A DNA stretch of 64,000 nt from Squalus acanthias (lineage: Eukaryota), in NCBI GenBank assembly GCA_030390025.1, contig CM059432.1, forward strand, positions 19,966,001 to 20,030,000, in the 5' to 3' direction. The notes beneath the pieces are model-generated. The model was not told the DNA's origin, made no database searches, and saw only the letters and a list, made by a program, of their open reading frames with translations. This document shows, in pieces, positions 36,969 through 48,900 of the stretch. Numbering within the stretch: position 1 is the stretch's first letter; each line of letters starts with the position of its first letter. A program made the position numbers and the translations under genes.

Positions 36969-39900
36969 CTCTTATTACAAAAAGTGGGGAAAACGGCTAC
37001 TGTTTGGGAGGTTCTTACCTCCGTTTTGGCAGTGTCTTCTCAAGGCTTCCACCCAGGCCCTATAATTCTGTTTATTTATGCTGTAGAGTCCCACTGTTGG
37101 AGTTTGGGTGTCTCAGAGCACGATGCCAAGCTCTGTGATGTCAGGTAGTGTACTGTTTAGAACTAGTTCCTTGAGCTGTTCTTTGGTATTCTATCAAAGG
37201 TAATTCCTTTGAAATTAAATGCATTAAATAGTAAAATAAATATAAAAGGTTATTTACGACAATATGCCTCTTTATGATGCCATCATAACTGTTCTGATGT
37301 CACAGAAGCTTCTCTGTAACATCACACAGCAGCCTAACTGCCATCTCTATCTTTTAAGGGGAAGGGAGGTCTGGGCAAATTACTGTGTGTTCAAAGAACC
37401 TCAACTTTGGTCTCAGAAACAAATACACAATTATTGGTATCGAAATACCATTGAATTTCTTGCCTGATGGAGACCTGCCATTTCAAGTCTCCTTCCCTTC
37501 TGGCGAAGTCAGTTATGATTACCACTCTCCTTTGGATTTTTCTGACCAGCTTCTGCACAAAAGTCTCCGAACAGAGATAGCCGCAGAGATCCAGAAGTCA
37601 CTACCTCCAAGCCAACCTTTTCTGTTCATCGACACTTTCTGCTTCCTGGTTTTCAATTCAGCTAGCTGAGCTGTTATTAATTCCAAGGGTTAATCTTTTT
37701 TAATTGCCTCAACGTAAAACTTTATTAAATGTCTTCTAGAAGCACCACTAAATTATATCCACCGGATATTTAAGAAGGAGATAGATAGATTTCTAGATGC
37801 AAAAGGCATCAAGGGGTATGGGGAGAGAGCGGGAATATGCTATTGAGATAGAGGATCAGCCATGATCATATTGAATGGCGGAGCAGGCTCGAGGGGCCGA
37901 ATGGCCTACTCCTGCTCCTATTTTTCTATGTTTCTATTGTCTTCATCTACTTTCTCAAAGACTTCTCATAGATTAGTGAGGCATGACATTGCTTCAAAAT
38001 CCAAGCTGACTAACGTTTACAGCTGGTGTGTTCTTGAACACTGATAAGAGCCTGTAAAATACCTCTGGGCATTTTCCTACCAGGGATAGACTATCTGACT
38101 CTGAGGGAGAATGAAACAAAAAGTTATGCTGATAGGGTTAGATGAAGAGAGGTGGGAGGAGGTTCGTGTGGAGCATAAACACCAACATAGACCAGTTGGG
38201 CTGAACGGCCTGTTTGTGTGTGGTAGACTCTAGGTAATTCTATGTAACAATTCACAGCACAGCACGGAAAGAATCAGCAGAAGCTGAGAAAATAGCCAGA
38301 GAGCAAGAGTAGCAAGATAGGGATGGAAAAAGCAAGCCTGTAAACAGCAAAAAAGAATGAAAATCATCAGCTAGGGAAAAAGCCACAAAGATACTGCGAT
38401 ATCTCTTTTCTTATGAAAGCATTATGGACATGTGGACTAGGTAACCAGAAAAGCCCATGGAAGTGAACAATATAAATGTCTTCACGCGTTTCTGTTTGAG
38501 ACTATGGTGTGAAGGTGGGTAAGCGGGGTTAGACTCTGAAATAAGGTATAGGCTTCTTGAGTTTAACGGTTCTTTTCGGTTTGTAAAAATTCTTATGTTC
38601 CAGGAAGAACAGGCAGAGAAACAAGAAGAAATTGAAGGGCAATAAGCCAGAGAAAACTCATCCAGACTCACACTGTCCCATCCACCCATCACCCTTGTGC
38701 TCGCTAACCTACATTGGCTCCCAGTTTTTAAATTCTCATCCTCGTGTTCAAATCTTTCCATGGCCTTGCCCCTCCCCATCTCTGTAACCTCCTCCAGCCC
38801 TACAACCCTCTGAAAACACTGCGATTCTCCCCCCTCGCCCCACTATTGGTGGCCATGTCTTCACCAGTCTAGGCCCTAAACTCTGGAATTACCTCCCTAA
38901 ACCTCTCCGCCTCTCCACCTCTCTCACCTCCTTTAAGACACTCCTTAAAACTTATCTCGTCAACTGTCCTAACGCTCCTTATTTGACACACTGTAAATAT
39001 TTGCCTGATTACGTTCCCGTGAAGCCCCTTGCGACGTTTTATTACATTCAAGGCACTGTATGAATGCAAGTTGTTTGAAAAGAAAATCAGACCAAAGACA
39101 TACAGGAGGAACAACAAAATAGCATGGCGACTGAGGAAAGAAATAGAAAAAAGAGAATAGTGGCAGAAGGCAGCGAAAGAGTGAGCGATAGGAATTCAAT
39201 CTCAGAAAAAAAAAGTGTGGCAACAACTGAACTGTTTGTGTGCGTTTTCTGCCAATGCCTCCCCCATTCCTCCCTACTGTCCAAAAAGATATTGACTCAT
39301 GGCTGGGTTACAGACTCACAGGCACCAGCAGCCCTCCAGTGCTTGGTCCAAGTGACTATTCTTCATGCGTGAGCCTATATAGTGGACGCTGACAGCATAG
39401 TGGACCGCAAACACCATCAGAGCTGATCCTGATCCTGAGCTTACCTGATGTCTCCACGTACAGGCTTTTCAGCAGGAGTCCAATAAAACCTTGTTAATCC
39501 TCCTCTGTCATGCGACCGAGTTGATGGACACAATGGCAGTGCTTGGTGGGCTTAAAAAAAAGTGCATTGAAACCATTATCAAATGCTGAATGGAAAAGCT
39601 CGGAAAAAGGCTCGGGGTCGCGGACGGGAGTGTTTCCAAGCAAGGAAAACACAGCTGAGAGTGTGTTAGGATGACAGTGTAAGCTGCTAGAGCTTTGCGT
39701 TCGCGGTTTGTGGTGTCATCCTCGTCCCTTGAGTGTTGCCTGCTCCCAGCCATCTGTTCTCCTCTGTTTACCGCCGCACCTCACTGAGCTTTCTGGTGGC
39801 ACCAGAAAGACAGCAGCAACTGAGTGTTTGAATCAAGCTCCGACAAACATTCAGAGCTTCCAGGGTTTCTTTTGTTGTGCATGGAGCCTCCAAAATAACA

Positions 39901-40157
39901 CCAGGCTTGTTGTGACACTTAATTTAAATGATTTGGCTTCAAAAGTATAACATGCACTCCAGATAAGAACGACTCATCATTTGGGAAAGATAAGATCCAG
40001 CTTGTATAGATTTCTCTGCTGCTGTTCTTCAAAACTTGTGATAGCAGTAGCAAAAGAAAAGAAAGCATATGCTAGAAGTGTTTGGCTACACTGACCAAAT
40101 CAACAATTGTGAGAAGTCGCACAACACCAGGTTATAGTCCAACAGCTTTATTTGAAA

Positions 40158-40194
40158 TCACAAGCTTTCGGAGCGCTGCTCCTTCGTCAGGTGA
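40158..40194 (-). ncRNA. Identical minimal hammerhead motif on the minus (TSNARE1 sense) strand
   Basis: Exact reverse complement of 40318-40354. Confidence 0.7.
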
Positions 40195-40317
40195 AGTGAA
40201 GAGATGCATATAGACACAGCATATATAGTCAGAGAACACTGCCAGATGATTGCAGTTAATAATCATCTGGCAGTGTTCTCTGACTATATATGCCGTGTCT
40301 ATATGCATCTCTTCACT

Positions 40318-40354
40318 TCACCTGACGAAGGAGCAGCGCTCCGAAAGCTTGTGA
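40318..40354 (+). ncRNA. Minimal type-I hammerhead ribozyme motif (Penelope type)
   Basis: UCAC-CUGACGA-A-GGAGC-AGC-GCUCC-GAA-AGCU-U-GUGA: stem I UCAC/GUGA, stem II GGAGC/GCUCC, palindromic AGCU as minimal stem III. Confidence 0.7.
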
Positions 40355-41978
40355 TTTCAAATAAAGCTGTTGGACTATAACCTGGTGTTGTGCGACTTCT
40401 CACATGTGTCCACCCCAGTCCAACACCGGCATCTCCACATCAAATCAACAATGACAGCACATTCCAATAATACAAGCCACACCGTGCTTAGATTCAGGTT
40501 CAGGGCTGCAATTACTCGCCTGAGTAAATTCCACTTTTAGTTGGACTACAAATGGCCTTATATCACTGCAATGTCCTGCCAGTTTATTTTTTTGCGCTCC
40601 CGATGCCTTCGTCGGTCAGTGCATTGCCAAGAGTGGAAACCAGCCGTACAGAAAATAGTGGTTGCAGATTTGGTCCCCTTGTTCTGTGCTGCGTTAGCTG
40701 ATCTGAGCCAGGAGCCGCAGTCGGCACCGCAATTAACCCCAGCGCCCCTGGCCTAGAGAGTACGAAAATAAACCTGGTCGCCGCGTCTGATCACTATGCA
40801 TTGAATCCAGCTGGAAAGTGCGCATGCATGAATACCAGGTGGGGGCAGGAATCAGGCTCTGTTGTCATGACTCCCAGGCTCGCCAACAGCTATTCTGAAT
40901 GGCCACTTGCACGAGAAATTAGAGGGCTTCCAGCATCCATGGAACCTCAGCATGAGCCAGCACCTTCAGCAGAGAACGGGGAAAACTGGGAAGAAAGATT
41001 AAAAAGCACTACTTTCCTCAGTGACCCACTGTTCATCATTATTAAAGAGTCACATATGTTGTAAAATCTCTGCTTTAGCTATAATGAAGACTGTTACTCT
41101 GATTTAACATCATCCTCCCAGATTTACATGGCTAAAGTTACTTTGATTTTTGACGAATGTAATATTGGTGGTTAGTTGTTGGAAATCCTAGACTGATCCA
41201 TTTGTCTCTAAGACTCTACAACAATTGAAGTAACTCTTGGCATCCAAGGTTAGAGCTAAAATTAATTTTGTAACATTTTACTTACAACCTCCAAAAACAG
41301 ATGTACAAAAAGGTCCCTAATGATCTTCCTGATGGTTCAGTTGCTAGAGGCAGTGTGTAACTGAGCATTACGGACCATAAGGTTTGGTTTAATTCACAGT
41401 CTCTGCTGAGGGAGTTGACTTTAGCAAGTGTTCGGATGCTACAACTGGTCTTCGTGCTCCCGGACTGGGGAAGGGGGAAAAAGAATCAGCCAGATTTCCC
41501 CACTTCTGAATGCAGTCCAGTAATACTTGCTGGAAAGTGCGTGAGTGGACATCAGGTGAGGACAGGACTGGGCTTGGCTGTCATGCCCCCACAGTCAAAT
41601 AACCTGTCACTAGTCTCCATCTTGGCTCACATCTAAAGATTGGCAACTTGGGAATGGTACCAGAGGGCGACTGGCACACAGGGATTGACTGCAAACCAAC
41701 AAAGTTATTTATTTTCATCTCATCACTACATAATTCCTGCCTGATAGCTCAGCTTTCATTAGAAACCCCAGGGCACCAGGTGCTTATGGCACCAGGGTCA
41801 ATACAGTTTATTTAATTAAAGGCAATATTCCACATGGAGGTGAACTGGGGCAGATACTTGGAGTAAAATTGCTGCATTTAAATCTGTTTGAATTGCTATG
41901 GTTTACGTTAAATGATCCAGATAATGTTGCGAACAAGACCTGTAACACTGTCGATGCAACAAATGTACAAAACATTGA

Positions 41979-42183
41979 GGGGGTCATTTTAACTTAACCC
42001 ACTCAGTGGGAAATTTACCAGGATTGGGTCGGCCGCCCGTTTTACTCCCTGCCCGATTTTACACATTGCCCAATTTTACTATTCACTGATTTCAATGGAA
42101 AATAAAATCGGACGGGGTGTAAAATGGCATCCAATCTGATCCCATCAGTTTCCCGCCGGCTGCGTTAGGTTAAAGTTACCCCC
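41979..42183. mobile_element. Foldback Harbinger-like MITE
   Basis: GGGGGTCATTTTAAC / GTTAAAGTTACCCCC with internal inverted symmetry; TGA/TAA flanks. Degraded relatives at ~43030-43130 and 43460-43600. Confidence 0.7.
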
Positions 42184-43306
42184 TAAGTGGTTTAATTGTT
42201 TCCGTCAATGTAGCACGAATTGAAACTGTAATTAGCTGCCCGAATGAATTTTCTGGTTGACGACACTGTGATTACAATGGATGTTGACCAATGATTCTGA
42301 AGCTCCTCAACCTGTTGAATAATTAGGAACTACTTCCAGGGTCCTCCCAGAGCTCCATGGAGTCTTATAGAATTACACAGAATCTACAGCACCGAAACAG
42401 GCCATTCAACCTCACTCTCTATGCCAGTGTTTATACTCCAAATGAGCCTCCTCCCATTGTTCCCACCCTGCCCCCGGATCCCTTTATTCCCTTCTCCCTC
42501 AGGTGTGCATCAAGCCTCCCCTCAAATGCATCAATGCTTCAACCATTCCTACATTACAACAGTGACTACACTCGAAAAGTATTTCATTGGCTGTAAAGCA
42601 CTTTGAGACGTCCGGTGGTCGTGAAAGGCGCTATATAAATGCAAGTCTTTCTTTTTCATTCCATGTGGTAGCAGTTTCCACATTCTCATCACTCTCTGTA
42701 AAGAAATTCATCTATTTTTTTTTTATTTGATCGGTTAGTGGCCATCATATATTTATGCCCCCTTGTTCTGGATACACCTACAAGTGGAAACAGTTTCTCC
42801 ATGTTCACACTATTGAAGCCCTTCATAGCTTTAAAGAATTCACTCAGGTCTCATCTTAATCTTCTCTCTTCCAGAGAAAAGAGCCCAGCCTGCTCAGTTT
42901 TTCCTGACAGTTGCATCCTCTCACTTCTGGTAAAATCCTTGTAAATCTTTTCTGTCATTGCTCGAGAACTTCAATATCGTTTTGGTACTATGAAGACCAG
43001 AAATGCACACAGCCAAGTGTGGTCTAACCATTGAAGTCAATAGAGAGTAATATTGGGTGGACTGTAAAACCAGTGTTGCACCCGATCCTGTGGACTTCCC
43101 GCCCAGCAAGTTAGGTTAAAATCACACCCATGGAGTGGATATTCTTCTTCCTGTCAAGACTAGAGCACAAGCGGACTTGTGACATTTCCAGTGAGCAAAT
43201 TACAGCAACAAGAGTTTGAACCTGGGCAATGCTAAATTACCACGGTCAAAGGTTGGTTCAAGGGACTGAGGGCTCTCTTATGGGAGTGGTCCTTGTCCTC
43301 ACTGTA

Positions 43307-43388
43307 CCTGACGAAGGAGCAGAGCTCCAAAAACTCATAATTTCAAATAAAACTGTTGGACTATAACCTGGTGTTGTGCGACTTCTCA
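43307..43388 (+). mobile_element. Penelope-like terminal repeat fragment, hammerhead GAAA mutated
   Basis: cctgacgaaggagcagagctccaaaaactc...ctgttggactataacctggtgttgtgcgacttctca. Confidence 0.75.
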
Positions 43389-44658
43389 TTCTTGTCAAAG
43401 AACACAGAGTGATATCTGGGGAGGGCCCAGAAATCATAACACCCATTCATAAAGCATATTGGGGTCAATTTTCACTGTTCCCTCCGGGCGGGAAACAGGC
43501 GGAGTGGAGTGGTTTTACACCCTGCACAATTTTACTTTCCACTGGGCGGGATGTAAACCGGGCAGCTGATCTGCTGCCCCTTAGCAATTAAAATCAATCC
43601 TTTGATTCAAACGTTCTCTTTCAAACTTTTCAATATCAGAGCAGGACTTTTTATACAATTGCTTAATTCAGTAACAGGAGAATATAACCTGTCCTTTCTT
43701 TTTGCAGATCCTGAATAATCTGTTTTTATTTTTATTGGCTCTCAGAACATACTGTGTAAATCTAACATGAGTGCGCGTATTGTACAGGTATTAAACAGAA
43801 TCTGTGGGCTACTTCTACTGGCGGTGTACACCCTTGGAGACAGGAGAGTATGTCATTTACCTCTCTGGTCCCTCCATCGCCAGCATAGTTTCTCTCATCA
43901 ATTATCAGCTTCCCTGGTACCGTGGCCATATCATTTACCCAGTTTACAGCACCTCACTGTCGGAGCTGACGCTGAGATACACATAAGACCAAATGCCAAA
44001 ATGTGAGCGAATTGCCTGCATTTATCCTAGCTTGTATTAAAAGGTGAGAAGTCACTGCTGTTATCTGTCTCAATTACTGCTGTGCTGATTTTAAAATAAT
44101 AAAATATGAACCGTATTTTTAAAGGTGGTAAAGTGTGAAAGATTACACTATGGAAACATGCGCTGCCTTGAGGTGAAATTATAGCACACATTGGGGGGAA
44201 AAGCAGACAGTTGAATCACATTTGGTTCTTTGTGGATCATGTGCATGTCAGTGTCAGTTCCTGTACATGTGTGCTGTAAACCGCCTCTAAGAAGCTCAAT
44301 TTCATTTTGTGCCAAACACTTCCTTTCCCTTATTAGGCACTGAATTTATCCACAACTTAAATGCTGTTTCCATGTCTGATGAGATATTTCTGGCATTGCT
44401 TTGTATTCCTGAACGGGATCGAAGAAAAAAACTTGTCCTCTGATGGGCAATTCCTCTTTGACCACTAATCTCTAACTTCATTGTATCCTTTCTTCTCTCC
44501 CTTTCTCTGTTTTATTGACACTATTACAGTGACTACACCTCTAAAGTACTTGATTGGCTGTAAAATGTGGTTGTGAAAGGCGCTATATAAATGCAAGTCT
44601 TTCTTTCTTTCTATTACAGGAAGTGAACTTTCCTCCCTTGCTCATTCTACGCTCCAAA

Positions 44659-44925
44659 TCATCATCTTCTTAGGCAGTCTCTCGGAACTGAGGATGACTT
44701 GCTTCCACACTAAAAATGAGTTCTCAGGTGACTGATGAGTCCAATGCGGGACCTACAGTCTCTGTCACAGGTGGGGCAGACGGTGGTTGAAGGGGTGGGT
44801 GGGTGGGGTGCTTGGGTTGACGTGCGCTCCTTCCGCTGTTTGCGCTTGGCTTCCGCTTGCTCCCGGCGAAGAGACTCGAGGTGTTCGGCGCCTTCCCGGA
44901 TGCTTCTCCTCCACTTTGTGCGGTA
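44659..44925 (-). mobile_element. RTE-clade LINE 3' end with C-terminal C2H2 zinc finger
   Basis: KWRRSIREGAEHLESLRREQAEAKRKQRKER...VCPTCDRDCRSRIGLISHLRTH, short 3' UTR and (GAT)n-like tail. Confidence 0.8.
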
Positions 44926-45910
44926 ACTGCCAGAACCCAGGAGCTCCAAATACACCAGCCTGCATACACTTTCCCCTCCCTCCATCCTTCTTGCAATCTG
45001 CATTAATCTACTTGGGACGTTTTACTATGTTAAAGGCGCTATGTAAATGCAAGTTGTTGTACTACTTTAATTCATTCTTTACTGGCACCACACAACTGAG
45101 ACATTTCTCACTGCCCTCAGTTTTCCTTCCTTTCTATATTCTACTGGATTTTAAAACTCAAGATGGCCATCGCAGAATCACTATTTCTTGACCTTGAGTT
45201 GCATTTCTGTTGGCCACTCACTTTGCTTTCTCAAAAAGGCCTGTGTCTGCTACAGTGAGGGACCAACTAGCACAAGTTCATGCTTGGATTCTGCATTTAA
45301 AAAGGACATTTAATCATACAAAATGGTAAAAGAAAAATCAAAAGATGGAAAAACAACCTCAATGAAAGGTAAAACTAGCTGTGTCAGCCTTCTTTCAACT
45401 GTCAGGGAACATTTCAGGGAAATGATAGGAGTGACATTTATGATCGGCAAGAGCAATTGATTGCAAATCTATTTGAAATATGGAGCTGTGCTTCCTTCTC
45501 AGAATGATATGATCACAATAGGTCACATATGCAGATTGTCACTCCTAATAATTGACACTTTGTCGGTCTGCCTGCATCTACCATGAAATAGGTTTGGATT
45601 AACACAATCTTATTTCATCTGAGTCCTTGTCAGTCAGGAGTGGAAGGAGAATTTCATCTTATCCGTCAGCACTGAATTCTAAACTCTATTCTAAGGTACT
45701 GGATTGCTCAGTCTCTTCTTGCCATCAACTTTTGCTGAAACTAATGTTTAAACCATGAATGGGTAAAACCTGATGTGAGTTGTTTTCTAAGGAACTTTAA
45801 TTTAATTAAATATGTCTAACTGATATCTAGGGGTGCTTCAGTAGTCTTTGTCCCTTCAACTACGTGTATATTAATTCACCAGTCTTGGTTCCCTGTCCCA
45901 ATAAAACTAT

Positions 45911-48900
45911 ATCGGGAGGGAGGGTGGCTGTGATCGGGAGGGAGGGTGGCTGTGATCAGGAGGGAGGGTGGCAGTGATCGGGAGGGAGGGTAGCTGTGAT
46001 CAGGAGGGAGGGTGGCTGTGATCGGGAGGGAGGGTGGCTGTGATCGGGAGGGAGGGTAGCTGTGATCGGGAGGGAGGGTGGCTGTGATCGGGAGGGAGGG
46101 AGGCTGTGATCGGGAGGGTGGCTGTGATCGGGAGGGAGGGTGGCTGTGATCGGGAGGGAGGGTGGCTGTGATCGGGAGGGAGGGTGGCTGTGATCGGGAG
46201 GGAGGGAGGCTGTGATCGGGAGGGTGGCTGTGATCGGGAGGGAGGGTGGCTGTGATCGGGAGGGAGGGTGGCTGTGATCGGGAGGGAGGGTGGCTGTGAT
46301 CGGGAGGGAGGGAGGCTGTGATCGGGAGGGTGGCTGTGATCGGGAGGGAGGGTGGCTGTGATCGGGAGGGAGGGTCGCTGTGATCGGGAGGGAGGGTCGC
46401 TGTGATCGGGAGGGTCGCTGTGATCGGGAGGGTGGCTGTGATCAGGAGGGAGGGTGGCTGTGATCGGGAGGGAGGGTGGCTGTGATCGGGGGGGTCGCTG
46501 TGATCGGGAGGGAGGCTGTGATCAGGAGGGAGGGTAGCTGTGATCGGGAGGGAGGGTGGCTGTGATCGGGAGGGAGGGTGGCTGTGATCGGGAGGGTCGC
46601 TGTGATCGGGAGGGAGGGTGGCTGTGATCGGGAGGGACGCTGTGATCGGGAGGGAGGGTGGCTGTGATCGGGAGGGAGGGTGGCTGTGATCGGGAGGGAG
46701 GGTAGCTGTGATCGGGAGGGAGGGTAGCTGTGATCGGGAGGGTAGCAGTGATCGGGAGGGAGGGCAGCAGTGATCGGGAGGGAGGGCAGCAGTGATCGGG
46801 AGGGAGGGTAGCAGTGATCGGGAGGGAGGGTAGCTGTGATCGGGAGGGAGGGTAGCTGTGATCGGGCGGGAGGGTAGCTGTGATCGGGAGGGCAGCAGTG
46901 ATCGGGAGGGAGGGTAGCTGTGATCGGGAGGGAGGGTGGCTGTGATCGGGAGGGAGGGAGGGTAGCTGTGATCGGGAGGGAGGGAGGGTAGCTGTGATCG
47001 GGAGGGAGGGAGGGTAGCTGTGATCGGGCGGGAGGGTAGCTGTGATCGGGAGGGAGGGAGGGTAGCTGTGATCGGGCGGGAGGGTAGCAGTGATCGGGTG
47101 GGAGGGTAGCAGTGATCGGGTGGGAGTGTAGCTGTGATCGGGAGGGAGGGTAGCAGTGATCGGGAGGGAGGGTAGCTGTGATCGGGTGGGAGGGTAGCAG
47201 TGATCGGGAGGGTAGCAGTGATCGGGAGGGTAACTGTGATCGGGAGGGAGGGTGGCTGTGATCGGGAGGGAGGGTGGCTGCGATCGGGAGGGAGGGTGGC
47301 TGCGATCGGGAGGGAGGGTAGCTGTGATCGGGTGGGAGGGTAGCAGTGATCGGGAGGGTAGCTGTGATCGGGAGGGAGGGTGGCTGTGATCGGGAGGGAG
47401 GGTGGCTGTGATCGGGAGGGAGGGTGGCTGTGATCGGGAGGGAGGGTGGCTGTGATCGGGAGGGAGGGTAGCTGTGATCGGGAGGGTAGCTGTGATCGGG
47501 AGGGAGGGTGGCTGTGATCGGGAGGGAGGGTGGTTGTGATCGAGAGGGAGGGTGGCTGTGATCGGGAGGGAGGGTGGCTGTAATCGGGAGGGAGGGTGGC
47601 TGTGATCGGGAGGGAGGGTGGCTGTGATCGGGAGGGAGGGTGGCTGTGATCGGGAGGGAGGGTGGCTGTAATCGGGAGGGAGGGTGGCTGTGATCGGGAG
47701 GGAGGGTAGCTGTGATCGGGAGGGAGGGTGGTTGTGATCGGGAGGGAGGGTGGCTGTGATCGGGAGGGAGGGTGGCTGTAATCGGGAGGGAGGGTGGCTG
47801 TGATCGGGAGGGAGGGTAGCTGTGATCGGGAGGGAGGGTGGTTGTGATCGGGAGGGAGGGTGGCTGTGATCGGGAGGGAGGGTGGCTGTGATCGGGAGGG
47901 AGGGTGGCTGTGATCGGGAGGGAGGGTAGCTGTGATCGGGAGGGAGGGTGGCTGTGATCGGGAGGGAGGGTGGCTGTGATCGGGAGGGAGGGTGGCTGTG
48001 ATCGGGAGGGTCGCTGTGATCGGGAGGGAGGGTGGCTGTGATCGGGAGGGAGGGTAGCTGTGATCGGGAGGGAGGGTGGCTGTGATCGGGAGGGAGGGTG
48101 GCTGTGATCGGGAGGGTGGCTGTGATCGAGAGGGAGGGTAGCTGTGATCGGGAGGGAGGGTAGCTGTGATCGGGAGGGTGGCTGTGATCGGGAGGGAGGG
48201 TAGCAGTGATCGGGAGGGAGGGTAGCTGTGATCGGGAGGGAGGGTGGCTGTGATCGGGAGGGTCGCTGTGATCGGGAGGGAGGGTAGCTGTGATCGGGAG
48301 GGAGGATGGCTGTGATCGGGAGGGAGGGTAGCTGTGATCGGGAGGGAGGGTAGCTGTGATCGGGAGGGTGGCTGTGATCGGGAGGGAGGGTAGCAGTGAT
48401 CGGGAGGGAGGGTAGCTGTGATCGGGAGGGAGGGTGGCTGTGATCGGGAGGGGCGCTGTGATCGGGAGGGTAGCAGTGATCGGGAGGGAGGGAGGGTCGC
48501 TGTGATCGGGAGGGAGGGTGGGTCGCTGTGATCGGGAGGGAGGGAGGGTAGCTGTGATCGGGAGGGAGGGAGGGACGCTGTGATCGGGAGGGAGGGAGGG
48601 TAGCTGTGATCGGGAGGGAGGGAGGGTAGCTGTGATCGGGAGGGAGGGAGGGTAGCTGTGATCGGGCGGGAGGGTAGCTGTGATCGGGAGGGTAGCTGTG
48701 ATCGGGAGGGAGGGTGGCTGTGATCGGGAGGGAGGGTGGCTGTGATCGGGAGGGAGGGTGGCTGTGATCGGGAGGGTGGCTGTGATCGGGAGGGAGGGTG
48801 GCTGTGATCGGGAGGGAGGGTGGCTGTGATCGGGAGGGAGGGAGGCTGTGATCGGGAGGGAGGATGGCTGTGATCGGGAGGGAGGGTGGCTGTGATCGGG

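Larger units (their letters stand above)
33566..36970 (-). mobile_element. Near full-length non-LTR retrotransposon (CR1/L2/Jockey-group, ORF2 only) with tRNA-derived 5' head; decayed copy
   Basis: APE endonuclease motifs (PDIVILTESYL, NVLWVGNFNVH, LLDLVLTN, SSDHRTV), RT motifs (NYRPISLLS, ALDIKAAF, GIPQGSVLGP, IADD) and a 3' A-rich tail at ~33566. The 5' end has A box TAGCATAGTGG and B box GAGTTCAAATCC. Confidence 0.9.
40108..40440. mobile_element. Penelope-like element remnant: palindrome of two 144-bp arms plus 36-bp tail, 12-bp TSD
   Basis: Arms 40108-40251 and 40261-40404 (one mismatch), 9-nt spacer; TSD caaatcaacaat at 40096-40107 and 40441-40452. Confidence 0.85.

Noticed and set aside
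43307..43388. Active hammerheads at 21158-21287, 31037-31110 and 43307-43388
   Set aside because: Catalytic core nucleotides are missing or mutated.
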